A stretch of DNA of 64,000 nucleotides from Eledone cirrhosa (lineage: Eukaryota), in contig OZ024740.1 of NCBI GenBank assembly GCA_964016885.1, positions 198,028,001 through 198,092,000 on the forward strand, read 5' to 3'. A program made the translations under genes and the position numbers. Numbering within the stretch: the first letter of the stretch is position 1; each line of letters begins with the position of its first letter. A model generated the notes under the pieces. That model was given only the letters and a program-made list of their open reading frames with translations. It was not told the DNA's origin and made no database searches. Of this stretch, positions 1 to 15,060 are shown in pieces.

Positions 1-220
1 TTTCAAGTATCAGCGATATCTATTAAATATTTAGGAATCAGAGTCGAATATTTCTGCATGTAGTTGGTATATAAATCTATCGATTTTATGAAGGTAAATG
101 TAGTTATTAATAATATATTTATTTTGTTTTTACTATACTTCTTCGTGTGGTTTCTAGCAAATTACTTGCCTCTATCGCTGATTTTCAAAACAGTTGAAAG
201 CACACATTAATTTTTAAGTT

Positions 221-435
<215 letters not shown>

Positions 436-3194
436 GGAGGGAGAAAGAAGGAGACTGTCAACTAACCCCGTTATGTGTTTATTGCTTTTTGTTTCGTTTA
501 CACACACAAACGCACACATACACAATATATATATATATATATATTCATCACGTTTATAAATTTTAACCTTTTCAGAGTTAAGTTTGATGTATGATGCAGC
601 AAAATTTATGATGATATGAATTACATGAGAGAATATTAAACAGAAGAGTTTTAGTGAAGTTAAAAGTCGCAGATTAGTGATAAGTTGATACGTTTTCCAC
701 TCATTCTCACATTACTTACTTCACTAAATCTCTTTTATAAATGTGTACATTTCAAACTTGTTATTCTCAATTCTTTAAAAGCATTCACGCCATATGCAAG
801 CGGAGGAATGAAATATTGTTTCTGTTAGTTACCACGCCTCCTACAACATGGTTTCATCAGTCCTGATTTGTTAATTGATTTTATTTATGGTAAGAACTTC
901 CGAGACTTATATATATATATATGTCACATTCTTTTATTATTCTTTACTTAAATCTGAAATTATAGAGGCGTGTGACTTAGAAGTTAAGGTATTTCGGCTC
1001 ACGATCGTAAGGGTGTGAGTTTGATTCACAGTAGTGACGTTGAGCAATTCAAAGGGTCTGTCTTGTTATAAGCAGGATCTACCTGAGAACCTCAACAACG
1101 TTAATGTCACACATTTTGATTTTAAATTATGAAGAGTGCAATAAGTGGGTGGGATGTTGGACTTTATAATTTAACCTGATTTCGAGGTTCGAACCAAAGG
1201 GACCGTTGTGCCATTGAATAAATCATTTCATTTCATGTTTCATTAACTCACTCAGCTGAAATAAATGAATGTGAACTTTAGCTGGGTGGTAATTCTGTTT
1301 TCGACCTGCGTCCCATTTGGCATTCTCAGTCGATGTACGTCAATGGAATTGGGATACGCAAGTAAATATACGTACCACTTCATGTTCTAGAATAGCATTT
1401 TCAAAAGATCCACACTTGGCCAGTTCTACAGGGATGTAGTAATTGTATTTCTTGTGATCTCCCACCTATCAATAGCAAATACATAATGTCATTATAATGT
1501 ACGTTTGTACTATTATAAGTTTAATTCCTCGCATGTACGTCGACAAAGCAGTGGATATGACCAGTATATAGGTACCAGTGATTACCATGAATATTTACAT
1601 ATAAATACTGTATTGTTTTCAATCAAAATATGTTATAAGCGTTGAAGTATCTTCCAGAGTATTAGCGTTGCTGTGACTATAAACTCTATTTCCATAGAAA
1701 ATGCATGAAATATAGATTTATTTTCTTTTTCATTTAATTGATTTTTACATTAATCGATAGACACTGAATAATAAACACTGACACATCAATTGCTAAACAT
1801 AGATATTTTAGCTTTAAATACTAAGTGTCTGAAATAAAGTATCGATCAAAGTATGTTTCACTACCTTTTAATATACAATATTGATTTTATGTTGATATAT
1901 CGATAATGTAGAGAAAGTAGCACGGTGATGCATTGTGAAATTACAATTTAAATAAAGTGGCAAAGAAGAAAAGTATATTATGATATTTATAATATACACA
2001 AGTTTCTACTAATTTCGCAGAAACAATTATGTAAAGTTAATGTTAAAATTAAGAATATATCATTCGTTTGATATCTATTATAAACAAAAACACGTATAGG
2101 AACAAAGAAATCGCCTTCTGCGTTCGTTCCCTACATGCATGACTGGATAACGAAAACTTCAATGAAATTTCATCTTTACAGTCTTAAATACAGCTAGTAG
2201 ACGGGTGGGTGATTTTATCGTCACCAATATTATGTCCACTTTCTAGAATCTACCTTGACCCCTATGTCCAGTTCAGTGAGGTATTGATCGGTTCGTTTCA
2301 ATTCCAGTAGGAAATCTTTACACCACAAGTTTATAGAAATTTTTCTAAAAATTGTAGATCAACTTGGTACTGTTACCTATGCTACGAATTTCTCATATAT
2401 ATATATGGGTGGGGAATACGAATTCCCTATGCAGTAGGCTTGTTACATAAAGTCAATAATATATGAAGCTGAAATTACACCTGTTTGTAGGGAAATATAG
2501 GATATGATACATGGCCGGTTCAAGCAAATTCATTATCTTCAGGAACCGTTTGCACTTTTTTATGGAAATACCAACTTTCAGACATACAGCTTACACAAAT
2601 AGACGTACAAAACTCACCTTAAAGGTAACCTACATGTTCACAATCACTAACTAATAACATTTACAATCATCTCAACATTTCACGGTTTTTGAATATCCTG
2701 CAATGCCCAAGAACACCTTCACTCCCCATGAACACAATAGCTATATAACGCCTTATTGCAGTCTAGATATTATCTCAATTTTCCGTTCTCTACACAATGT
2801 AATTGTATGAGTTAAATATTTATTCATTTTCCCCAGTAGAGACATCGAGTAAATCATTTTATTCCCAAAGATACCTCCACCCCAGTATCTATACAATTTC
2901 CTGTCTACTCCTTTCCACGAAATTATTGCCAAATCTCGGTTGTACATTTTATTTACAATTGCATAAAGATGTAGTTGAGGAATATCGATTGGAATTATGT
3001 AAGCTTGTCAGACCCATGTGGTCGTCTCCATAGCGGTAGGTAGGTGTCAAAATATATTTAATACACTTTACCAACAAATATTGCGTGCTAATTCAGTTAA
3101 TGTTTGGATGTTTTCAATATTCCGACATTTTAAACACACACACACACACATATATATATACTAATTATATATACATAAAACACATATATATATC

Positions 3195-4199
3195 TCTATA
3201 TATAAAACAGAGAATGTCTGTCTGTGTAAATCCCTAAAACTCGAGAAGTACTCGACCTATCTTTTTCAAACTTTATACATGCGTTACTTCTATTTCTTGA
3301 AGTGCAATGGGCTAAAATAAGTTTAACTTTTTCTGCCATAAGGCCCGCATTAGGCGAAAAACCGCATTTTAAAGGCATTTTTAGTCTTTTTGAGGCGTAA
3401 CGTAAAGATAATCCAGCCGATTTCCTCGAAATTTGCAGCACACATTAATTAGTCCCCTTGCATTGCTGTGGACGAAAACGATTTCCGATTCCATTAATGG
3501 TTTCTAGTAAATTTACGAATTAGCATTGGGCATTACATGCCATTTTCATTTTCAATATAAACGCTACTTAAACATCGTAAGTAGCGTATAATATTTCGTT
3601 AAAAATTTGGTTTATTTATCTAATTAGAGGACACAACACTTACTTATTTTTAAGCAGGACCATTTTCGGGGGGTTGAGGAAATGAGAAGGACCTTAAATT
3701 TTTTTTCGGTGCCCTGTTGACGCTTCGTGCTTTCATCACGTGCAAATCCGGGCCCTGTGTACGTTGCCGTGTAATTTGACACCTTAAAACTCACGTCTGT
3801 GCTACTTCTACTAAGACCCATTTTGTTGCACTTCACCGCAGGATAAACGCCCTGCGCAAGTACACCGAACAGTGGATGTGCTAATTCCGCGGTGACCCCT
3901 TTTTGTCGCACATTTGTTGCTGTGTAAACGCAGTGCAACCAGTGCCGCCCAGCGTTTGTGCTAATTGTACTATGACCCCCTTCTGCTGTAGCTGCGTTGC
4001 CATGCTGATTTCGTCATCTCAATATCCTACTTAAACGTACATCCCTACGTGGTCTTCACACAATTGACTACGTCGCTCCTCAATCATTCCCTGAGAATAA
4101 GGGTATTCAAAAAGTACACGGCTACATTCCTCAATCTTTGCATATGCGTGTTGCTATTTCACGTTTCCCACCCCCCGCAACGCCGGGTCCTGCTGGTAG
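3195..4199 (+). mobile_element. Non-autonomous Helitron-like element
   Basis: 5' TCTATATATAAAA...gtctgtctgtg; 3' cccgcaacgccggg hairpin then decayed CTAG (ctggtag|t). Confidence 0.6.
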
Positions 4200-4295
4200 T
4201 ATATGCGTATATAAACTTTTGCCAAAACCTCTCTCTCTCTGATATTTTATCCATTCCTTGAGATGTCTCAGTATTAGAGATAAATATCTTTTTAA

Positions 4296-4363
<68 letters not shown>

Positions 4364-4794
4364 AAAAATACGATGAAATAATAGACAAAAATATACCTAT
4401 ATTTTCTTCAAAGTTCCGACTGCAGTTTCGCCGAATCAATATGCATTTTAGAAGTACATCATCGCTGTGTAGCTGATAAGGCTTATCAATGTATATATAT
4501 ATATATATATACTTATGTAATAAACAACATAAGGCAATTATTTCATTTACCAGTGGTTTCTTAAAAGCAAACAAATTTTGCTTTCAATCATCTGAATGAA
4601 AAAAAACTTGTGTATTTATTGACATTGGATTTTAAAACCATATATATATATATATATATATATATATTACATTAACTATGCTGTCATTTTAGGTACACAT
4701 ATCTTTGAGTGCCACAATCATCAGACTCCATTGGCAACATAAATATATGAATATCACAACTCATTGCACGGTATATGATCTAAGGGTAAGGATT

Positions 4795-5050
4795 ATGGCC
4801 TAGTGGTAAGGATTTTGGATTTAAAATCATAATGTCGTAGGTTCGATTCCTGGGCTTGGCTATGTATTTCTTTCTTGAGCAAAACACTTTATTTCATGTT
4901 GCTCTGCTATACTTCGCTGAAAATGAGTATCAGCAATAGCTACGGGTTTAACCCTGCGATGGACTAGGGTGCTGTTCAAGAAGGAATCTTGTACTCTCAG
5001 TCGTTTAGCGCCACGGAAACCGGGATAAGCACCGGCCTGATAAGCTTCTG
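4795..5050 (+). mobile_element. tRNA-derived SINE family B (related pieces near 965-1350, 16200-16390, 26040-26100, 56230-56520)
   Basis: tggcctagtggtaagg...ggttcgattcc head; ttcttgagcaaaacactttatttca core; aaccctgcgatggactag...gaaaccgggataagc tail. Confidence 0.7.
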
Positions 5051-5797
5051 CACTAGAGACAGACAAGACTTTAAGGGAGCACTGGGCAGTATAAATGTTC
5101 GATAGTTTGGCCGACATATTAGAACATGCGTTATGTATGTGTAATCAGTAATCATTGTAACATTGCAGCAACTATTTTACAGTAATATTTGCCGAAGAAT
5201 AATTTTGATTTCAGCCTCATTATTTCGCTTCCATGATCCATCCGTATTCACATTGAAGTAGTTTCTTCTTTTCTTATGTGTTAACACGTCGATGATTTGC
5301 ATTCCCTCGCAAGTCCAATCTCCAACCAATAAAAGATTGCAGCGTCTCTGCAAAACCAGGATATCAGGCCTTTATTGAATGCACGATAAACTGCTACTCT
5401 AGACCCTTGACAGATTCTCTATGTCGTTGATATTCTCTAGCAATTCTATTTTGGGGTTCACTATGTATTGCATTTCTAAAGCATTTGAATTCTATTATCA
5501 TGCTTTGCCAATGTCCGTAGCATTGCATCGTTACTAAGATATTGCTTGAAGAATGGGCACTTTGTCCAAATACACGGACACCTTCTACAAATTAACACTA
5601 TTCAGACATGGCTTCCCTTCTTTACTGTTGCTTAGTCCTTTCTTTACGTCTTTATGGAAAATATAATACAACTTGGTGTTGATTATCATTACATTGACGT
5701 CGTTCTATTGTTGCTTTGATGTATCAGCAATGACACTTAAGATATTAGATGTGTGTATCAATCTTTCTATCTATCTATCCTTCATCTATCTACCTGT

Positions 5798-5855
<58 letters not shown>

Positions 5856-6058
5856 CGAAGACGATAGACGTGTTTTTGTTTCGCTCCTGCATTTTGTCGG
5901 AATTTATTACGAGAAGCGGTAGGTTTGTTTAAGCTACTTGTTATTTGTTGTGTTTAACCCTCGCCTGGACCTGCAGACGTTGGGTAAAATAAATTTCGCC
6001 CCTTTTTGGGGCGAAATTTGATAGTTATAAGTTATCGATAAAGAGTCGTTTAGTGAAA

Positions 6059-7700
6059 ATGGACGCCATTAACACGACGCATGGTACCCTCCCCCCAAGG
6101 TAAGTGATAGAGAGAAGGTATCAGCACAACGCTGTAAACCTTCCCTCCTCACTCCCGCAAAAGACACCACGGAATAAAAGGAAAAAAATGTGGAAATGGG
6201 TGAAAACCCCAAAAGTAACAATTACACAAACAAGAACAACAATGACAATAACAACAGAACCAACAACAGCAACAATGACAATAACAACACAACCAACAAC
6301 AGAAATAATGACAACACCAACACAGGAGAAAAAGAAGCCAACACGAATAACAACAACAACGATGATAACAATACGAAAGAAAACGGACCCACAGCCGCAG
6401 TCTCCTTCGCACAGGCGGTTCGAGAAACGCAGACATACAAGGCACTGGACATCTCGAATGCCAAGAAATTGCTGAAAGAAGCAAAGAATTGTGTAAGTTT
6501 CGGGGAAGGTGGGAAATTCACAATTACCTCCGCCGAAGAAATTAGAAGGGACACAGTCCTCAGAACCGTAATTTTTAGGACAGTTTCGAACGCGACTAGG
6601 AAACCGGCTCAATTGTCCCAAAGCGAAATTGAGTTGGTCCTAAGTAGTGCCTGGAAGGATATCGCTTTCATACAGAAAGGGAAACTGTATGGAAGCATAT
6701 CTGTTTTAATGCAAGATGAATTGGCGGCACGGAAATATTCTGTGTTGCCAATTGTATCCAAAGCATACACCTTTTTCCCCACATTTTTGGGGAAAAGAAC
6801 TCAAAAGATAAGAATCTCGGGCATCAGGCCAAATGTCAGCATTTGGTGGGTGCTAACGGGATTCTTAGAAGATGAGGACACAATCCTTTCGATAGGCGAA
6901 TCCACAGGGGCCGTATTCGGCGGCAATAGCCTTGAAGTTCTGGTCCAAATGAGACCAGAACGGATAGCAAGAATACCGCAGCGTGTGTCCCTGGATGGAG
7001 TCGCCTTCATAAATATTTCTGTTGAGGGCAGGCGACCTTCATGCTACCACTGTTCAAGAAGTGGTAACATGAGCGCTTCCTGTCCCCTTTTAAATGTCCC
7101 CCCCCCCAAAAAAAAAGACGCTTCTGCCCGCCCCACACACAACAGCACAATCACCATCACCACCACCACCACAACAACCACAACAACACGAACAAATAAC
7201 AACACAAGACACTGTCCCACCCAACCTCTCCCCACCTAAAACAAATACAAAAGCAACCACAACAAACCCCCCAGATATACCCCTCCAACAACACGGACGA
7301 TGACCCCTTATCAACGCCAGCCAGTGACGACGAGGGAGAACCCTTTCAACCGGTAAAAATAAAGAAAAGAAGGCACCACATCAACAAAAATACAACAAAC
7401 ACACAGCCAGCAGCACAAACAGAACAAACATCACAAACAAACACAACACAACAAAAGCAGTATACATACATCAACACAAGCAACAAAACACTTGTGCAAA
7501 CAATAGACAAAGACCTTTCGGTGGAAACCGAAGGAAAAATGTTCACCAACGCGGCGACTAAACCGCATTTAAAATTGATTAGGGTCCCAAGAGACACCTA
7601 CGCAATGCTCAAACAGAACTTTCTCGAGGACGTGGGGAACCCCTGTACTAGACCTAGCAACCGCGTCCTCTTGAAATGTTTCCCAACCACCACCCCAGAC
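6059..7700 (+). pseudogene. Tx1 ORF1 (gag-like nucleic-acid-binding protein), frameshifted
   Basis: ORF 6190-7239 with Asn-rich N-terminus, SFAQAV motif and decayed zinc knuckle VEGRRPSCYHCSRSGNMSASC (His replaced by Asn); low-complexity tail; 3' end approximate. Confidence 0.75.
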
Positions 7701-7880
7701 ACCCCTCCCTCACCAAACACTCCCACCCCACCACACAGTGATGTCCCCAACACATCTCAAACCACCACCCCACCAAACAACCCCGCCGACACCCCATGGA
7801 AGTTGTGCAGCCTGGTCCCCAAGAGAAGGACAAGTAGGTGTATTTTCCTTTTTCTCCACTCTAAACTCTTCACCACCAAC

Positions 7881-10800
7881 ATGGCTGTATATAAGAGATA
7901 GATGTTTAAATGTGCGCGGCCTGTGGATGTCCTGGAAGCAGGGCAAACTCTTAAATGACCTCAGGTCGCACAGAATAGATGTGATAGCTATTTGCGAGTC
8001 CAGGATCAGCAGCGAGCACCAACTGGCCCCCATCTTCGACGACTTTGAGATCTATGCATCTCTCTGTCAGCCAGGGGGTGGAGGCGGGGTGGTCGTTCTG
8101 CTGCGAAAACACCTGGGCCTCGCAACACGGAAGGTACACCTGGACTCGGAGGGCCAACTGGTGGTTCTAGACGTCGGCAGTAGTGAAGGTGGAGCCTTCA
8201 GGCTGGTAGGAGCGTATGCCCCATCTGGGACACCGCGACCGGACTTCTTCCAGCGCCTAGAGACTTTTCTGGGAACGTCTCGCTCCTAGCTTTTAGTGGG
8301 GGACTGGAATGGTATCCTGGGACTATGTAGGGGCATGTCCTATAGAGGGGGGGGGGGGGGGTAAGAGCCTCAAACGGTTAATTGGCCGATTTGATCTGGC
8401 CGATAGATATCGACTAAATTTTCCGACTGTGCCACTGTTGACGTGGTCTAATCGCAGCGGAACATCTAGGTCGTACCTAGATAGGTTCCTAGTTAGAAAT
8501 AAGGATAGGGACATATTAAGCTGTCCACGAATGTTCATGGTTAACTATTCGGATCACAAGTTGGTGACCGGAGTGGTCAACCTTATAGAACCCATAGACA
8601 AGGACCCGGTTACTGGAAGCTAAACTTCTCCTTACCGACAAACAAAGCTTACAGTAAGCGGAGTAGTACTCTAGTTAAGCAGCGGTTGACGGGTGCAATT
8701 GTCAACAGCAGGTGGTGGGGGCTCTCTCAAGAGAGAAATTAAAATAGAATCGATAGGATTTAGTCAGGAATTAGCATCAGATATGAATAGAACTGAAAGG
8801 CAATTGATAGATAGACTAGAAGAGGCGATTAGGAGGGGAAACGTGGCTGGCGTGCTGGCGTCAAGAACGGCCCTAGACCAGTTCTTTGACGCGAAGTACG
8901 AGGTCTGCATTGTCAGGAGTAAAATGCGTGCTCTGGGTAACGAGGGAGCTAAAGCTGTTAGCTGGGCCCGAGTGACAGAAGCAAAAAGTGGAAACAAGTC
9001 CACGATTCGGTCTTTGAAGGACCAGGATGGACGCGTGATCCTTGAACCTGAGCGGATGTGCGCGGCCTTTCAACGGCGTTTTGCACGACTGTTCGGGAGG
9101 GGCGGTGCGCCGGGTGAGGACATGGATTTCGGTCCATACCTCGACGGTCTGCCGCGGCTCTCGAACGGGGAGGCGAAGTCCTGCGAAAGGCCGATTTCAG
9201 CCGCTGAGATAGGGGAAGCCCTGAGCCAATGCGACAAACGCAAATCTCCGGGTCTCGATGGTCTACCATACGAACTTTATGTAGCGATGCCGGACTTGTT
9301 CTCCAATCTCCTCGAGGCGGTCTACTGCAACTGGCAACAGAACGGGAGAATTCCCAGTTCTGAGACCAAGGGCGTAGTCACGCTGGTGAGGAAGGACGAG
9401 AACAAGGGGGATGACATAGATAACTTCAGGCCCATAACTCTGCTAAAGACAGACTTAAAGATTTTGGTCAAGGTGTTAGCGAAGAGGTTGGCGCTTGTCA
9501 TAGGGAACCTGGCGGGAGAAGCGCAGACATGCGCAATCCCGTAGGTCCATACACGACAACCTCCACCTCATGCGATACATCGTAGAGACGGAACGAACCC
9601 GGCTTTGGTGGGGCCCTAATCAACTTGGATCAATCTAAGGCGTTCGATAGGGTCGACCATCGTTTTCATGGGCTGGATTGCTGCAATGCACAGCAGCAAC
9701 ACCTGCTCGAGGGTCAAGGTGAACGACTACCTCTCGGAGCCGTTCCAAATCGCGCGATCCATCCGACAGGGATGCCCTCTCTCCTCCCTTCTGTATGTGC
9801 TTGCTCTCGAGCCACTACTGCGGAAGCTGGAGCTGTTGCAGGGAATCCACTTGGAACTGGGATTGCGGAAAGCGCTGTCGGCCTACGCCGATGACGTGAC
9901 AGTAATGTTGTCGTGCGCCTCGGAAATCGGGCAGATCGGCACCTTACTGGAGGAATACGAAAGGTTTACAGGAGCCAAGCTGAACCGGGACAAGTCCGTC
10001 GGTTTGCAACTCGGAACGTGGAGAGGCAAATCGATGCCCTCTGACGGCGTCGTCGGACGCTGGACGGAGGGACCAGTGAAGATGCTCGGGGTCTGGTTCG
10101 GACCGGACCTCCAGGTGGAGAAAAACTGGGACGCGGTAACGGGCAGGGTGTTTGCATTCGCCCAGAAGTGGGCCGAGTGCAAACTATCCTTGAAAGGTCG
10201 AGCGGAGGTGGCGAAAACTTATGTAGCGTCCGTCATCTACTACCGCTTGACCGTCATGCCTTGCCCAGCGAAAACGCTCGCCAAAATGGAGCGCGATCTT
10301 CCGATGCCTTTGGAAGAAGCGGGCCCCTTTGGTGAGAGGATCCACCTGCTGTCTATACTCTTCGAACGGAGGGCTCGGGATGCCGTGGCTGACGATGCGT
10401 AGACACGCATTAAGGCTACGGCACCTCCAGGTACTCCTCACCGGTCAGCCGGTGTGGGCCCCTTTTGTGACGCGAGCTTTTCCGAGACTCGTCTCACTCA
10501 CCGAGCTGCAATTCTGGACCAAGCAAAGACCGAGAAAAATGTGCGACTGGCACATTGAATGTGCCCAGGCTCTCACAGCCCTCTCGTAAGTGGATCCGGC
10601 AATCAGTGGAGACTCAACCTCAACATTCTATAGAGGGTTGATGCGCAGCAAGTGCGACGACACTCTCGGAGAGGCTCGGGGCATGGAGGAAGAAGGTCTA
10701 GCCAGTCTGTTCGGTAGGACGTTCGGACCGGGACCGATGGACAATTTCCAAAAGTCCCTGGCTTGGCAGTGCTACCGAGGAGCTCTACCCGTTTGGGACA

Positions 10801-11260
10801 AGCTCTACAGACACGGGCGCCCGGGTAGAGACCCTTCGAATATCTGTCCGAGATGCGTGCTTGACGAGGAAACCGTCGCGCACGCATTCGTACACTGCCC
10901 GGGCGTTGCTGACCTGTGGGGCTATGTGGAACGACTATTGTCGCGGGTGGGACTAATCCGATTGACCACCGAGTACATTGTCACGATCAAACCGCCTCCC
11001 CCTTCAAAAACGAAGGAGAGGCGGTTTTCCTCTGTGTGATAGCTATGGCGAAAGAGGTTGTATGGTGGACGAGGTTGAAAGGGCTGAGGTCAGACACTTT
11101 TCTCTCCGGCCAACAACTGGTCCTTTTTTTCAAGTACCATTTTAGAAGAAGGATCAGAATGGAGAGAGAAGTGGTGTACCCCAGCAAGTTTTATGAAAGG
11201 TGGGTGAAAGTGGCGAGAATGGCCCGAGTGAATGGGCCTTCTCTCTATATCAGCCTGTAG
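7881..11260 (+). pseudogene. Tx1 ORF2: APE endonuclease, reverse transcriptase, C-terminal zinc finger; several frameshifts and stops
   Basis: CLNVRGL, ICES, GDWN, YLDRF, SDHK (APE); SPGLDGL, FRPITLL, DQSKAFDRV, RQGCPLS, YADD (RT); CPRC...HAFVHC. Confidence 0.92.
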
Positions 11261-11525
11261 GTGAGAGAGGAGAAGAAAGAGGAGAGGAAGGGAGCACCCG
11301 CTCTTTGTGCTCCCGAGGAGGAGGGTTGCACATTTTTTTCGCCCCCTCCCTATTATGGACTTCGATTGTTGAATTTTATTTGTTATATGTTTTTACACGT
11401 CCTTTGAAATGTATGTAACCCCCCCCCCCTTGAATTTGTCCCAATCTTTGATGCGCTGGTGGCAAATAAATAGAAAATTATCTATCTATCTATCTATCTA
11501 TCTCTCTATCAGTTTTCCATCAGTC

Positions 11526-11601
<76 letters not shown>

Positions 11602-12399
11602 GAGTATGTATGTACGCTTTATGAAGAAAGGGATACATATACTATATATATATATATATATATTGTATGTATATATGTATTCAACCAATGTATAAATAAC
11701 AACAAGCAAAACTAACTCAGTATCGAATGTAATGAAAATACATCTGAAAATCTTTAAGAGCTTTTTCTGCAGCCGTATTTGGCGAATCCTCCGAAATATA
11801 TGAATGAACAAAAAAAAAAAAAATTAGTCTTTAAGTATTTAGGGAAGAGTATGGTGGAGTAATATGTATAGAAGAATATTATGTATAGAATAATATGTAT
11901 AGAATAATATGTATAGAAATAGAAATATGAGAGAAACGAGGCTGGATTTGTCAGTGGTGTTAGCATACGAGACAATCTAAACTGAAACAATTGATGCGTA
12001 GAAAAAGGCTGCTTATGAAACACACCAGTAGTGTATAGTAAGATGCTGATAAAACCGTAGACGTCATTTCAAAAATGTTGTTTAGAAATAGGAAATAACT
12101 CTCATTAATGTTTTGACTTTGTACAACTAAAACCAATCCAAACATAAAAGTAAAATATTGAATGAATGTGGAATCATAAAGCAATGAGTTAAACAATCGG
12201 GGGTTTATCATCAGGTTCTCGTTCATTCTCAACTGTCATTAATATTTCTTATTTATTAAATTTGATAAATGGTTTAAGGAATCTTTGCTTTCGAAAGCAA
12301 CCTTGTATGGATAGAAGTAGATATCAGTTTTGAATGATGATTAAGAATAAAGAAATGTAATAACAGTATTTCATGAGATTTAGAGATGTGATGCATACA

Positions 12400-13070
12400 C
12401 GACCTGTTGGAATGGTTGTGCGGTTTGACGAAATAGTTTTATTTATAAAACAGTTTTAAAATATGTTTTATTAATAAGAATTTAAAACATCGTAAACAAA
12501 TCTATTTCAAATAACAACAACACTACATATATATATATAATCGGTAAATGAAGTTGTTATTTGATGTAAAAACTCTTAGATGTTGTTTTAAAACATCAAG
12601 TAAGAGCGAATAATCTTGTGTCCATGCTTCTAGATTGATTATAATATTAAGAGCTGTTGCTTTGAAATAATGTAAATGTAGTCCAATGCATGATTCAGAA
12701 TCGATTCGTTTCAACTGTAGTAATCGTGTTGTAATCGCTTTAGCAGTGCAACTACGTTCATTTGAACATTTAGTCGAGTTTATACAATTGCAGGTTTGTG
12801 GACATTTATTTGATGGGGAGTTCATCAGTTTCATTTAGTTCACATTGGTTTAATATTACACGATATTAAGTATGGTAGTGTAAGTAACATACATTTATTT
12901 AAAACAATTAAGATATTTATGGGGTGGGGATGAATTACAATAGCTTGTAATGTGTCGTAGCTACAGAATATTATAACATCTTTCTCTATTATTATGGATC
13001 TGAGAAAGGATTTTTAATAAATGTTTTATATATCTAATATTCCCAGTACATTTCCGTCATACTAACACAT
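12400..13070 (-). mobile_element. Penelope-like element relic (Cys linker plus GIY-YIG)
   Basis: TCNCINSTKCS...SCTAKAI...CIGL....FK in ORF 12523-12834. Confidence 0.65.
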
Positions 13071-13139
13071 AAGTAAATGTTGCTTTGCTGGAAGATAGTC
13101 AGCAATATCTATAACAGGATTGGGAGTGATTGTTTTATT

Positions 13140-15060
13140 TCCCTCCGCTCCACCTCGGTCTCCCCAATGAGGCGGCTCGTCAAGAGTGGCCCTGGTCAAG
13201 GTCAGCATCTCGAGCTTCAAGTGTGTCTGAGTAGGCCACACAACACATATTCGTGTGCCCGCAGTCCTCTACCTCCGATGCCAGCTCAAAGCGTTCACGC
13301 AGGAACATAAACACCAGCCTTACCGACGGTGATGTCTAGGCTGCCGTCAGAGTAGTCGCCTCTCACGACACCATCATCCATCCCACCGAGGAGGTCCTGA
13401 CTATTTTCCGGCTCAAACATCCCGAACCACCTTCAGAGCTCAGATAAATACACCCATCTGACCCCCAACCACTTCACTTGGCCTCCGAGGAGAACATCAT
13501 CTCTTCTCTGAAGTCTTTCCCTGGCAGCAGCAGCGGAGTCGCCGATGGTCTACGACCCGGGCATCTTGAAGACTTGGTGTCTTCCCTCACTGCCAAAGCC
13601 GGGCGCCATCTTCTGAGCGCCAAGGTGGCCCTCATGGAGGCATTCACGGTGCCCTGGACCCTTATTCCCGAGGCCTCTTCTTTTCGGCCCTTCTCACCGC
13701 TCTCAGGGAGAAAGACGAGAAAATACACTTCAACGTTGTCGTTGTGGGAAATGTCTTCCGGAGGCTCGTAGCCAAGATAATTTGTTAAATAAGTCTGTTG
13801 CACCTGAGCTAGGTGAGGAACCCAGCCAGGTGCAGCTGGGGGTCGGCGGGGCTGGCGGCGCGCAAGGAAGTAGCCGACGCCGCTAGACAGTTCATCAACA
13901 ACTGTCCTCCCGAACCGGCGAAGAGTGATTCCAGGCATCTTATCGTCAAGCTCGACATGAGGAACGCCTTCAACTGTCTGAGACACGACCATGAAGGCTT
14001 GCCTCAGCCATGCCTCGTCCGCCTGCCTACAGATTTATTTACCTGCTATAAGGGTTCCCAAGCACACTCCTCGCTGCGGAGTAGATCATACCGTCGTCAA
14101 CCGGCATCCAACAGGGCAATCCATTGGGACCCTCATCTGGATGGCAGCAGGCCACATTACCCATCAAATATGGCGGCCTCGTACTCCTATCTTCTGCCTC
14201 CTTCACTCTGCCTGCTTTCTCCTCGTCAGTGACCTCCTGACATCTCCTCATCAATAGGTTCTTCACAACACAACTGAACTTTCTGTGGTCGAGTAACATG
14301 AGGCGGCCTACGCGACATGGAACCAGCTCGGCCTCGGCCTTGCGAACGTCTACCTTCTTCTCCCCTCAGTAAATTTCCAGTCTCCCACAAATAGTTGGCA
14401 CACCATTCTTTGTAATATGATTTCAGACAGGCTGCTGCGCCAGCTTCACCAGCACCTTTTCGCATTTTTCCGCTCGGCCTCCCAACCCCACAATGGGGTC
14501 TGGTTTAACGCAGTTCTATTATTTGCAACTGGAACTCAGCGACTGTTTGCACATAGGTGTTTCCCTGAGGCTCGGCCTCAGGATCTGTGACCCTCACAAA
14601 TGCCGTTGCGGTACCACTACGAATACTTTCGGTCTCTACCCACTGTCATGCGGTTACAGTGCTGGCTACCTCCCACGCGATGTTGCTCTCAAGGGGATCA
14701 TAAATCATGGCCTAGACGGCGCAGGCTTCTCTTATCAGCTGGAGCCAGTGGGGCTGAACCAAGTGGTCGGGAAAAGGCCGGACGACATGCCAATTTTTCT
14801 GTTTCACGGGGGTAGGTCCGACACCTGGGATGATACATGCCGTAACACCTTCTCTAGTAGCAACATGACTCTGTTCGGCTACCAGCCAGGACGAAGAGGG
14901 CAAACTGTCCAAGTGTCGGCCGCTCACTGAGAGGTTTGTCATACCTGTAGCAGATATGAGCCTCGAGATGTGAAGTGGCTGTTGCCGTGCGTTTTCCCTG
15001 CTGTCATCCGAAGCAATGCATTCTCTATCCTGTCGGCTGGGATCCAGAAGCGGAGGGTAA
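13140..15060 (+). mobile_element. CRE-clade non-LTR retrotransposon relic (RT plus restriction-like endonuclease), internally deleted
   Basis: SFPGSSSGVADGLRPGHLEDL, VKLDMRNAFNCL, RLGLRICDPHKCRCG...LSC...LEPVGL...GKRPD...WDDTC. Confidence 0.85.

Larger units (their letters stand above)
5856..11478 (+). mobile_element. Near full-length L1/Tx1-clade non-LTR retrotransposon, inactivated
   Basis: 5' UTR, ORF1, ORF2 (APE-RT-zinc finger) and 3' UTR ending aataaatagaaaatt; (ATCT)n on both flanks. Confidence 0.92.

Noticed and set aside
2700-5700. Faint minus-strand RT-like remnants at about 2700-3030 and 5150-5700 (also 51200-51560)
   Set aside because: Too decayed to assign without a profile search.
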